From: Vicinamibacteria bacterium
GTDB lineage: Bacteria > Acidobacteriota > Vicinamibacteria > Marinacidobacterales > Marinacidobacteraceae
Length of the DNA stretch: 64,000 nt
Assembly: GCA_964291235.2 (NCBI GenBank)
Contig: OZ219816.1
Location: 1,184,001-1,248,000 of the forward strand
Reading direction: 5' to 3'
The position numbers and the translations under genes were made by a program. How positions within the stretch are numbered: position 1 is the stretch's first letter; every line of letters starts with the position of its first letter. Of the stretch, positions 30,931-40,106 are shown in pieces. The notes beneath the pieces were generated by a model that had not been told where the DNA came from, made no database searches, and worked only from the letters and a program-made list of their open reading frames with translations.

Positions 30931-33282
30931 GTGTTTCTCTCCGTCTTCGAGTGGCTGCTGGGCAGTCCTCCAGTCGCGTTCGAGCGCGGGCAGGTGGAAC
31001 TCCTCGTTCCCTGGGCTGTCTTCTGGATCGCCGCCGCGGCCGTCGCGGCGATCGTCTTCTCGCTGCTCGGGTATCGGCGCCTGGGGCGGAGGCTCGGCAG
31101 AACGGGCCGCGTCCTGCTCGGGGTGGCGCGCGCCGCCGCCATCGCGCTCGTTCTTCTCTGCCTGCTGCGCCCGCAACTGGTGCTGTCCCTGGTGGTTCCC
31201 CAGGAGAACGTCGTGGGTGTCCTTCTCGACGACTCGCGAAGCATGCGGATCGCCGACGCGGAAGAAGGCCGGGAGCGAAGAGACGTCCTGCTGGCCGCCT
31301 TTGCCGATGGGACGGAAGAGGAGCGGGACGAGGAAGCGCTGGGTTTCCGCCTGAGCGAGAAGTTCGTAACCCGACTGTTCCGGTTCTCCGATACGACCGA
31401 GCGGGTGCGGCGGGCATCGGAACTCGACTTCACGGGCGCCCGGACCGACCTGCTCGGGGGGCTCGGCCAGGCCGCCGAAGCACTCGCCTCATTGCCGGTG
31501 GCCGGAATCGTGTTGATGAGCGACGGGGCGGACACCGTGGCCGGGGGCGAAGACGCCGAACTCGATCGGACGCTGCTCGATTTGCGGACGCGCGGGATCC
31601 GGGTCTATCCGGTCCTGGTGGGACGTCCCGAATTCGAGGTTGACCTCGAGCTGGACACGCCCGATGTGCCGCCGCGAGTCCTGCGCGGCTCGCTCCTGGA
31701 GGTTCGTTTGCCACTCCGGGCTCGTGGACTCGCCGGGCGGACGGCGCGGGTGGAGGTGCTGGACGAGGGCCGCATCGTGGCCACCGAGAGCGTGCGTTTC
31801 GCGAGCGACTCGGTGGAGACGGCGGTGACGCTGCTGGCGCCCGCGGAAGAAGCCGGCGTGCGCCAACTCCGGTTTCGGGTGGCCCCCTTTCCGGGCGAAG
31901 TACTGACCCGCAACAACGAGCAGAGCGTCCTGGTTCGGGTGGACGACGAACCGCTCCGGTTGCTCTATTTCGAGGGACAGCCGCGCTGGGAACTGAAGTT
32001 CCTGCGGCGGGCCGTCGCCGGCGACCCGGAGTTGCAGGTTTCCTGCCTCATCCGCACCGCGGAGGGCAAGTACTACCGGGTGGACGTCGTCACCGCGGAC
32101 GAGCTCGCCGGCGGCTTTCCCGACACCCGCGAAGAACTCTTCGGCTACGACGGCGTGATCCTCGGCAGCGTGGAAGCGAGCTTCTTCAGCCAGGATCAGC
32201 TCAACATGCTTCGCGATTTCGTGAGCCAGCGTGGTGGCGGCCTCCTGACGCTTGGAGGGACGGCGGCTTTCGGCGAGGGTGGCTACCGGGATACGCCCCT
32301 CGCCGAGGTCTTGCCCCTCACGCTGCCCGAAGCGGTTCCCGCTTCCGGCGCCGCCGGATCGCCGACACCGTCGGTTTTCCGTGAGCTGCGGATTCTCCCG
32401 ACGCGGGCCGGCTCCCTCCACCCCGTTGTTCGACTGGACGCGGACCCGTTGGCCAACGAGGATCTCTACCGGAACCTGCCTCCGCTCTCCAGCGTCAATC
32501 GGGTGGCGGGAGCCAAACCCGGCGCGGCGGTGCTCCTCGAGGGTTTGGGTCCGGCCGAAGAGGCGGAGCCGGTGCTTCTGATCCAGAGATTTGGCCGGGG
32601 ACGGGCGGCAAGCCTGACGGTCCAGGACCTTTGGGTGTGGCAGATGGACGCGACGATCCCGGTCGAGGACGAGACCCACGAGCTGCTGACGCGCCGCCTG
32701 CTCCGCTGGCTGGCGGCCGATTCCCCCCGGCAGTTGGAGGTCACGGCGGATCCGGCCAAATCACAGGTCGGGGAGCGCGTCACCCTGCGGGCGCGGGTGG
32801 AAGACGAACGGTTCCTGGCGGTGAACGACGCGCTGGTGGAGGCGGAGGTCACCGGACCGGACGGGGTCACCTCGGTGGTGCCGCTGCGCTGGACGGGGCA
32901 GGGGGACGGTGAGTACTCCGGCGTTTATGTCAGCGGTGAGAGCGGCACGCATCAGGTGGAGGTAAGCGCCGCCGGCGCCGGGCTCGCAGGGGATTCCGGA
33001 GCGCCCCGGTCCGAGACGTCCTTTGAGGCCGGCATCGTGGAGGACGAGTTTTTCGACGCGGAGGCGGATCCCGACCTGCTCCAGCGCATCGCGGAGGCTA
33101 CGGGCGGCCGGGTCTTCGAAGCCGATGAGGCCGAACAGCTGGTTATGGACCTGAGCCTCGCGGAGTCGGGCACCACCGTCGTTGACCGCCGGGATCTGTG
33201 GAACGTTCCGGCGGTGTTCTTGCTGTTGTTCGGGCTGCTGGCCACCGAATGGGGTGTCCGCCACACCCGGGGGCTTCCGTGA
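30931..33282 (+). CDS. Membrane protein with VWA-like and glutamine-amidotransferase-like domains
   Basis: Two N-terminal TMs, LLDDSRSM, MSDG, EGQPRWELKFLRR, YDGVILG, FVSQRGGGLL, RFGRGR, C-terminal TM ..EW..R. Confidence 0.8.
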   Translation: MFLSVFEWLLGSPPVAFERGQVELLVPWAVFWIAAAAVAAIVFSLLGYRRLGRRLGRTGRVLLGVARAAAIALVLLCLLRPQLVLSLVVPQENVVGVLLDDSRSMRIADAEEGRERRDVLLAAFADGTEEERDEEALGFRLSEKFVTRLFRFSDTTERVRRASELDFTGARTDLLGGLGQAAEALASLPVAGIVLMSDGADTVAGGEDAELDRTLLDLRTRGIRVYPVLVGRPEFEVDLELDTPDVPPRVLRGSLLEVRLPLRARGLAGRTARVEVLDEGRIVATESVRFASDSVETAVTLLAPAEEAGVRQLRFRVAPFPGEVLTRNNEQSVLVRVDDEPLRLLYFEGQPRWELKFLRRAVAGDPELQVSCLIRTAEGKYYRVDVVTADELAGGFPDTREELFGYDGVILGSVEASFFSQDQLNMLRDFVSQRGGGLLTLGGTAAFGEGGYRDTPLAEVLPLTLPEAVPASGAAGSPTPSVFRELRILPTRAGSLHPVVRLDADPLANEDLYRNLPPLSSVNRVAGAKPGAAVLLEGLGPAEEAEPVLLIQRFGRGRAASLTVQDLWVWQMDATIPVEDETHELLTRRLLRWLAADSPRQLEVTADPAKSQVGERVTLRARVEDERFLAVNDALVEAEVTGPDGVTSVVPLRWTGQGDGEYSGVYVSGESGTHQVEVSAAGAGLAGDSGAPRSETSFEAGIVEDEFFDAEADPDLLQRIAEATGGRVFEADEAEQLVMDLSLAESGTTVVDRRDLWNVPAVFLLLFGLLATEWGVRHTRGLP

Positions 33283-34382
33283 TCCGCCGGCCCCCGGGAC
33301 GCGTTGGGGCACGCGGCTGCGGGGCGCTTCGGTGGTCTCTCCCCGGCATTTCCCGGCGCCTCGCTCCCGTTTTCGTTGGCGCGTTGTCCCTGAGCGGAAG
33401 CGTTACGGGGGCGGCGCCGCTTGCGGAGGGCGGGCGCGGCGCGGCGCCGGCGCTGCTGATCGTTGCGGGGGTCGGCGGCTCACCGGAACATCGGGAGCGC
33501 TTTTCCGGTTGGGCGCATGATCTTTGCGCCGCGGTGGCGGCCCTGCCGGTTCCGGCGCAAGTTCGGGTTCTGGTGGAACGCCCACCCGAGGGAGCGGACG
33601 ACGAGGACCGCTGCGCCCCCGCCGGCCGGAGCACCGAGGAAGAGTTGTCCCGCCAGATCGCCGCTCTCGCAGGGACTGCTGACGGAGGTCTTGTGCTCAT
33701 CCTGCTGGGACACGGAACCGGAGGGGGCAACCCGCGCTTCCAGCTCCCGGGGCCCGACCTTTCTCCGGAGCGCCTTCGGGAAATGCTGGAAGCCCTTGAG
33801 CCGCAACCGGTGACCATCGCCCATCTCGGGAGCGCGGCGGGAGCCTTCGTGGCCCCGCTTTCGGGAGCAGGGCGGGTGGTGCTCGCGGCGTCGCGCGCCC
33901 ACGAGACGAACGAGACCCGTTTCGCCCGGCATTTCATCGCTTCTTTTGCCGGGGAGGATGCGGACCGGAACAAGGACGGGTCTTTGTCGGCGCTGGAAGC
34001 TTTCGAGTTTGCGCGGGTCGCAGTGGAGCGCGAATACGAGAGCGAGGGGCTGCTGCGGAGCGAGCACGCACTCCTCGACGACAACGGAGACGGTGTCGGA
34101 AGCCTTGAACCGGAGATGGCCGCGGGGTCGGACGGCGTTGTCGCCGGCCGGCGGCCGTTGCTGTTTCGAACCGCGGAGGCGGCAGGCGACCGCGGGGCGG
34201 ATTCACCGGAATTGCGGGAACTCGTCTCGGAGCGGGACGAGCTGGTTGCCCGGGTGGATGCCCTCCGCGAGGCCAGGAGCGGTGTGGACGAGGAAACCTA
34301 CCTGGCGGAACTCGAGCGGCTCCTGTTGCGGATTGCGGAGATCTCCGAGCGGATCGCGGCGCTGAGGGAGACACCCGAATGA
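33279..34382 (+). CDS. Hypothetical exported protein, possible caspase/legumain-like fold
   Basis: GTGA overlap; LLIVAGVGG, LILLGHG, EF-hand-like DRNKDGSLS, EHALLDDNGDG; C-terminal coiled coil. Confidence 0.65.
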   Translation: MIRRPPGRVGARGCGALRWSLPGISRRLAPVFVGALSLSGSVTGAAPLAEGGRGAAPALLIVAGVGGSPEHRERFSGWAHDLCAAVAALPVPAQVRVLVERPPEGADDEDRCAPAGRSTEEELSRQIAALAGTADGGLVLILLGHGTGGGNPRFQLPGPDLSPERLREMLEALEPQPVTIAHLGSAAGAFVAPLSGAGRVVLAASRAHETNETRFARHFIASFAGEDADRNKDGSLSALEAFEFARVAVEREYESEGLLRSEHALLDDNGDGVGSLEPEMAAGSDGVVAGRRPLLFRTAEAAGDRGADSPELRELVSERDELVARVDALREARSGVDEETYLAELERLLLRIAEISERIAALRETPE

Positions 34383-37138
34383 GACGGCCGACGCGCGGCG
34401 TCGCGGGCCGGATGGGAAGGCTTGCCCTCAGCGCATCGTGTCTCGTCTGGCTGGCCGCCGGGGGCGCGGCCTCCCCAGGGGGTGGCGCGCCGGAGCAGGC
34501 TCGCGATGCGCCGGAAAGCGCCTGGCCTGGAGGGCCCGCGGCGGCGGCCGCGGCGCTTCGCTCCGGCAACTACGACGAAGCCGAAGCGGCCTACCGGGCT
34601 TCGCTCGCGGAGCCCGGCGCGCGCCTCGGCCTCGCCGAGACGCTTCGGCTGACGGGAAGATATCGGGAGGCGCTCGGGATGCTGGAAGCCGGGACGCCGT
34701 CGGAACCGCCTTCCGTGGCGACTCTCCTGGCCCGGGCGGAAATCCATCTGGAAATCGGCGAGGCCGCGGACGCGGAGGCGCTCCTCCGCCGCATCCTGGA
34801 GGATGAGGGATCCGGAGGCGGTGGGATCTCCGGAGGCGGAAAAATCGAGGTCCGGGCCGAGACCGCGCTCGCCCTGCTCGAACTCCGCCGGGGGGAGCAG
34901 AAGGCCGGGCTGGCCCGGCTCGACCGGGTCATCGACATCTACAACGGGTCACCGGGAGTCCCCTTCAGTGCCCGGGAGCTCGTCGCGGTCGGGCAGGCCG
35001 CCGCCGCCCTCGGATTCCAGAATTCGGGACTCTTCCGTGACGCTCTGCGGGTCTTCGACACCGCCGTGCGCCTGGACCCCGGAGATCCGCTCCCACTGCT
35101 GCTGGCCAGCGAACTTCTCCTTGACAAGTACAACACCGCCGAGGCGGTCGAGAGCATCGGCGCCGTCCTCCGGGACAACCCGAGGCACCCGTGGGCGCTC
35201 CTTCTGATGGCGCGGGTCCAGCAGCGCCAGGGTGGCTCCTTGTCCGCGGACGGCGTGCTGGCGGACCCGCTGGCCGAATCCCTGGAGGCCAACCCGAAGT
35301 TCCCACCGGCGCGGGCGCTGGAGGTCCACCGGCTCCTCGAGCAGGAACGCCGCTCCGAGGCGGAGAGCCGGGCGGTGGCGGCCGTCGAGGCGCTACCCGC
35401 GTCCCCGGACACCATCGCCGCGCTGGCCGCGGTCCGCTTCCTGGCGAACGACGACGCGGCGCTGGCCGCGCTGGAAGGGCGGTACCAGGAGGACTGGGCC
35501 GGAGATCCGCTGCTCGATCTCGCGCTGGCGTCGGCCGCCGAACGGCGGCGCTGGTACCGGGAGGCGGCCCGGCGAAGCCGGGCCGCCCTGGAGCGGCGAC
35601 CGGATTCGGCAACCGCGTTTCGCCTGCTGGGGCTGAACCTGCTCCGCCTGGGGGAGATCGAGGCGGGGCGGAAGGCGCTGGAGGAAGCATTCGGTCGCGA
35701 TCCGTTCGACGCCCTGGTCAAGAACACGCTCGACCTGCTCGACGAAATGCAGGGATTCGAGACGGTGGCGGCGCCGCCCTTCGAGTTCGTCCTGCCGGCC
35801 GGCGAGGCGGCGCTGCTCGGCCCTTACGTGGAAGAAATCTCCCGGGAGGCGGTGGAATCCTTCAGGAGCCGCTACGGATACGAGCCGCCGGAGAGGCTGC
35901 GGATCGAAATCTACGACCGGTCCGCCGACTTCTCCGTACGGACCGTTGGAGTTACCGGAATCGGCGCTCACGGGGTGTGTTTTGGGAACGTGATCGCGAT
36001 GGAGTCCCCATCGGCGCGTGAGATCGGGTCCTACCACTGGGCCTCCACGCTGTGGCACGAGCTGGCGCACGCGGTGTCCATGGGACTTACCGACAACCGG
36101 GTTCCTCGCTGGTTTACGGAGGGCCTCAGCATGTTGGAGGAGCGCCGGCGTTTCGGTGACGGAGCCGGACTGGCGTTCTTCGCCGCCCTCCGGGACGGAA
36201 GGCTTCTCGACGTCCCGCACCTGAACGACGGCTTCGTCCGGCCGACCTGGCCGGGCCAGGTGGGGATTTCCTACTTCCACGCCTCCCTGGTGTTGGAACA
36301 CATCGAGACGGAGTACGGGTTTCCCGCCATTTTGGAGATGCTCTCCGGGTACCGGGACGGCCTGGACACGGTGGAGGTCATCGAGCAGGTTCTGGGAACC
36401 ACCCCGAAAGCGCTGGACGACGCGGTCGATGCCCTCATGGACACGCGTTTCGGCGCTACCGTCCGGGGGCTCGAGCGATCCGCGGCGCACGGCACACCAC
36501 CTCCGGCTGTGCCCCTTCCCGAGGGAAAGCCCTCCATCGAGGCACTCGTCCTCGAGGCGGATGCGGCGCCGGAGGATTTCGTCCTCCAGCTCCGCGCCGG
36601 AATCGCGCTTCACGAGGCCGGGCGGAATGACGAAGCCACCGCGCGGTTCGAGGCCGCCGCGGAACTCGCTCCCGAATACGGTGGCCCCGATGCTCCGCAC
36701 CGCTACCTTTCGGTGCTGTATGCCGAGGCGGAGGACCTCGAGGCGGCCCGAGGCTCGCTCCGGCGGCATCTAAGCCGGTTCCCGGCGGCTTACGAGGACT
36801 GGCTCCGGCTGGCGGCGATGTATTCGGGAGCAGAGGAGGCGCCAGAAGCGCACCGAGCCTTGCAATCCGCAATCGAGGCGTATCCGATGCTCCCCGAACC
36901 GCACGAACGGCTCGCGGAGGCGGCCGAGCGCCAGAGCCTGCCCGATCTTGAGGTTCGCGAGCGCCTCGCGGCCCTGGCGAGCGGCGCCCCGGACCGGGTC
37001 GGCGCGCTCTATTCGCTGGCTGCTGCGCACTTCCGTGCGGGAGAGCGCGAGATGGCCCGGCGCCGGGTCCTCGAGGCCCTGGAAATCGCCCCCACCTTCG
37101 ACCCCGCCCTGCGGCTTTTGCTGAATCTAAGAAGATAA
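34379..37138 (+). CDS. TPR protein with peptidase-MA-like (HExxH) domain
   Basis: Many TPR-like helices flanking TLWHELAHAV...PRWFTEGLS (gluzincin-like HExxH plus downstream Glu). Confidence 0.82.
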   Translation: MRRPTRGVAGRMGRLALSASCLVWLAAGGAASPGGGAPEQARDAPESAWPGGPAAAAAALRSGNYDEAEAAYRASLAEPGARLGLAETLRLTGRYREALGMLEAGTPSEPPSVATLLARAEIHLEIGEAADAEALLRRILEDEGSGGGGISGGGKIEVRAETALALLELRRGEQKAGLARLDRVIDIYNGSPGVPFSARELVAVGQAAAALGFQNSGLFRDALRVFDTAVRLDPGDPLPLLLASELLLDKYNTAEAVESIGAVLRDNPRHPWALLLMARVQQRQGGSLSADGVLADPLAESLEANPKFPPARALEVHRLLEQERRSEAESRAVAAVEALPASPDTIAALAAVRFLANDDAALAALEGRYQEDWAGDPLLDLALASAAERRRWYREAARRSRAALERRPDSATAFRLLGLNLLRLGEIEAGRKALEEAFGRDPFDALVKNTLDLLDEMQGFETVAAPPFEFVLPAGEAALLGPYVEEISREAVESFRSRYGYEPPERLRIEIYDRSADFSVRTVGVTGIGAHGVCFGNVIAMESPSAREIGSYHWASTLWHELAHAVSMGLTDNRVPRWFTEGLSMLEERRRFGDGAGLAFFAALRDGRLLDVPHLNDGFVRPTWPGQVGISYFHASLVLEHIETEYGFPAILEMLSGYRDGLDTVEVIEQVLGTTPKALDDAVDALMDTRFGATVRGLERSAAHGTPPPAVPLPEGKPSIEALVLEADAAPEDFVLQLRAGIALHEAGRNDEATARFEAAAELAPEYGGPDAPHRYLSVLYAEAEDLEAARGSLRRHLSRFPAAYEDWLRLAAMYSGAEEAPEAHRALQSAIEAYPMLPEPHERLAEAAERQSLPDLEVRERLAALASGAPDRVGALYSLAAAHFRAGEREMARRRVLEALEIAPTFDPALRLLLNLRR

Positions 37139-37144
37139 CCGGCA

Positions 37145-38038
37145 ATGTTCGTGTCGCCTCCCGGCCGTGGCCCAGGAAAACACCCTCTCCGGATCCGCCT
37201 CGTGGCGCTGCTTCCGATGGCGATGGGCGCCGGCCTTTTCGCCGCTGGCCTGTTCGCCGCCAGCCGGTTGGGCGAGCCCCCCGCGGATCCGCCCGGAAGG
37301 GACGCCGTCGAGCTCACCGCGACCTTCCGTCCGGACCCGAATGCGGTGGAATTTCCGCTCGACTACGAAAACTACCCCTACAGCGATCGTTTCACGTTCG
37401 CGCGGATCCGCTTCGAACCCCCGCAGTATCGGCGCGGTCGGTTCTACTGGGGGCTCGACCTGAAGTGGAACCACGACTACCCATGGGGAGAGCAGAACTT
37501 CACCCGGATCCTCGGCGAATACACCTCCCTCACCCTCAACGAGGGAGGTGGCGACATCTACTCGCTCAATGAGGCCGCGCTCTTCCGCCGCCCCTTCGCG
37601 TATCTGTGCGAGGTGGGGTTCTGGCATCCGAGCGATCAGGAGGCGGAGAACCTGCGCGCCTGGCTGCTCAAGGGTGGGTTCCTGGTGGTGGACGACTTCG
37701 TCCAGCCCCGCCAACTCGGCAATTTTCTGGACCAGATGGGGCGCGTCCTTCCCGACTACGACGCGGTGGAGCTCGACGTTTCGCACCCGGTCTTCGATTC
37801 CTTCTTCCACATCGAGACACTCGACTTCGAGCACGCCGTGCGTCCGGATCTCGTGCCCGTGTACTACGGATTCTTCGAGAACAACGATCCGAACCAGCGC
37901 CTCATGGTGATTGCCAACTACAACCACGACATCGGCGACTACTGGGAGTGGTCAGGCAATGCCTACTGGCCGGTGGCGCTCACCAACGAGGCGTTCAAGC
38001 TGGGTGTGAACTACGTGATTTACGGAATGATTCATTGA
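37145..38038 (+). CDS. DUF4159-domain protein (2)
   Basis: WNHDYP, PFAY, LRAWLLKGGFLVVDDF, SHPVFDSFF, NHDIGDYWE and LGVNYVIYGMIH; paralog of 30086-30913. Confidence 0.85.
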   Translation: MFVSPPGRGPGKHPLRIRLVALLPMAMGAGLFAAGLFAASRLGEPPADPPGRDAVELTATFRPDPNAVEFPLDYENYPYSDRFTFARIRFEPPQYRRGRFYWGLDLKWNHDYPWGEQNFTRILGEYTSLTLNEGGGDIYSLNEAALFRRPFAYLCEVGFWHPSDQEAENLRAWLLKGGFLVVDDFVQPRQLGNFLDQMGRVLPDYDAVELDVSHPVFDSFFHIETLDFEHAVRPDLVPVYYGFFENNDPNQRLMVIANYNHDIGDYWEWSGNAYWPVALTNEAFKLGVNYVIYGMIH

Positions 38039-38066
38039 TGGCTGATACGCCGAAACGGAGGATCTC

Positions 38067-39125
38067 TTGTCAGAACAGGACCTGAACCCAGGGGGCGGCG
38101 GAGCCGCGGTCATGGAGCCGCCGGCCGCCTCCGACGGCGAACTCGCCGAGCGTCTGCGCGAGGCCGCCGAGCGCACCACCGGCGAAATCCGGAAGCGGAT
38201 CATCGGACAGGAAAAGGCGGTGGAGGAGGTGTTGATCAGCCTCCTCGTGGGTGGCAACAGCATCATCACCGGCGTTCCCGGGCTCGCCAAGACACTCATC
38301 GTCCAGACCCTCTCGGAGGTTCTGGCGCTGCGCTTTCAGCGGATCCAGTTCACCCCGGACCTGATGCCGTCGGACATCACCGGGACGGACATCATCCAGG
38401 AGAATCCGGAAACCGGAAAGCGCAACCTGGTCTTCGTTCCCGGCCCGGTTTTCGCGAACATCGTGCTGGCGGACGAAATCAACCGGACCCCACCGAAAAC
38501 CCAATCGGCTCTCCTGGAGGCGATGCAGGAGCACCAGGTGACGGTGCAGGGCCGCACCTATCCCTTGCCTGAACCCTATTTCGTGTTCGCGACCCAGAAC
38601 CCGATCGAACTGGAGGGCACCTATCCGCTTCCCGAGGCCCAGCTCGACCGTTTCCTCTTCAACATCATCATCGACTATCTGCCCGTCGATCAGGAGCGCG
38701 ATGTGGTTCGCTCGACAACGTCCGACCACGCCGCGGACCTGGAGAACGTCCTCTCGGGTGAGGAACTGCTCGAGTTCCAGCGGCTGGTGCGCCGGGTTCC
38801 GGTCTCGGAACCCGTACTCGCCTACGCCGTGGAACTGGCGCGCCGCAGCCGCCCCGGCGAGCCCGGAGCTCCGGATTTCGTGAACGAACAGGTCCAGTAC
38901 GGCGCCAGCGTCCGCGCGGCGCAGTTCTCGGTCCTCGGCGGGAAAGCGCGCGCGTTGATTCACGGCCGGCATCACGTGGCGATCGAAGACGTGCAGGCGC
39001 TGGCGCCTCCCATTTTCCGGCACCGGGTGTTGCCGAACTTCCACGCGCAGTCGGAAAAGGTGGACTCCGAAGCCATCGTCCGGCGGCTCATCGAGGAAGT
39101 GCCGGTTCCGTCCTCGCGGATGTAG
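38067..39125 (+). CDS. MoxR-family AAA+ ATPase
   Basis: GVPGLAKT Walker [60 protein letters not shown]. Confidence 0.96.
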   Translation: MSEQDLNPGGGGAAVMEPPAASDGELAERLREAAERTTGEIRKRIIGQEKAVEEVLISLLVGGNSIITGVPGLAKTLIVQTLSEVLALRFQRIQFTPDLMPSDITGTDIIQENPETGKRNLVFVPGPVFANIVLADEINRTPPKTQSALLEAMQEHQVTVQGRTYPLPEPYFVFATQNPIELEGTYPLPEAQLDRFLFNIIIDYLPVDQERDVVRSTTSDHAADLENVLSGEELLEFQRLVRRVPVSEPVLAYAVELARRSRPGEPGAPDFVNEQVQYGASVRAAQFSVLGGKARALIHGRHHVAIEDVQALAPPIFRHRVLPNFHAQSEKVDSEAIVRRLIEEVPVPSSRM

Positions 39126-39146
39126 CTCCCGAACTTGCCACGAACC

Positions 39147-40097
39147 ATGCCGGCCGCCCGGACCCGGTTCATCGATCCGGCGGCGCTCGCGCGGATCCAG
39201 AACCTGTCGCTGGTCGCGAAGATGGTGGTCCAGGGATTCATCAGCGGCCTCCATCGCTCGACCTTTCTCGGCCGCTCCATCGACTTTGCGGAACATCGGC
39301 CCTACATGCCCGGCGATGACATTCGCCGCCTCGACTGGCGGCTCTTCGCGCGTTCGGATCGCTTCCACGTCAAGGAGTTCGAGGCCGACACGAACGCCAA
39401 TTTCGTGGTTGCGGTGGATGTGTCGCGCTCGATGGATTTCGGCTGGCGGGGCATCCGGAAACTGGACTACGCGCGTTTCCTGGCGGGCAGCCTGACTGCG
39501 TTTTCGCGCGGCCAGCGCGACCGGGTGGGGCTCGCAATCTTCGACCACGAACTTCGGGAGTTCGTGCCCCCGTCGGCAAAGCACCTGGAGACGGTTCTCC
39601 AGCACCTCGCGCGGGCGGCGCCGTCCGCCGAGCCCGTGGGGCGGGGCAAGGACGCGGGCGCCTCCGGTCTCGAAGCGCCGCTTGCCCGGCTCGGTGCGGC
39701 GCTCGGCCGGCGGGGGCTGATCGCGGTGGTGTCCGATTTCTACGAGCCCCCCGACCGGGTCCTGGCGGCGTTCGACCGGCTTCGCGTGGCCGGGCACGAC
39801 ATCATGGCGTTTCACGTACTGGATCCGGCCGAGCTGGATCTCGATCTGGACGGGGCTGCCGGATTCGAGGAGTCCGGGACCCGGTTCCGCGATCTCGAGT
39901 CGGGAGCTGTCCTCGACCTTTCTCCGGCGCGCGCCCGCGAGCGGTATCGCAGCGCGATGTCGGAACACATTGGCGCGCTCAGAAAGGGGCTCGGCCGCCG
40001 CGACGTGGACTATGTGCTCACCGACACCAAGACCCCCCTTGATTTCGCGTTGTTCCGCTATCTGAGCCAACGCGAAGGTCGCCGCCGCCGTCGCTAA
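39147..40097 (+). CDS. DUF58-domain protein
   Basis: GLHRS..GRSIDFAEHRPYMPGDDIRRLDWR, VKEFE, VDVSRSM, VVSDF. Confidence 0.93.
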   Translation: MPAARTRFIDPAALARIQNLSLVAKMVVQGFISGLHRSTFLGRSIDFAEHRPYMPGDDIRRLDWRLFARSDRFHVKEFEADTNANFVVAVDVSRSMDFGWRGIRKLDYARFLAGSLTAFSRGQRDRVGLAIFDHELREFVPPSAKHLETVLQHLARAAPSAEPVGRGKDAGASGLEAPLARLGAALGRRGLIAVVSDFYEPPDRVLAAFDRLRVAGHDIMAFHVLDPAELDLDLDGAAGFEESGTRFRDLESGAVLDLSPARARERYRSAMSEHIGALRKGLGRRDVDYVLTDTKTPLDFALFRYLSQREGRRRRR

Positions 40098-40106
40098 CAG
40101 CCTCAA

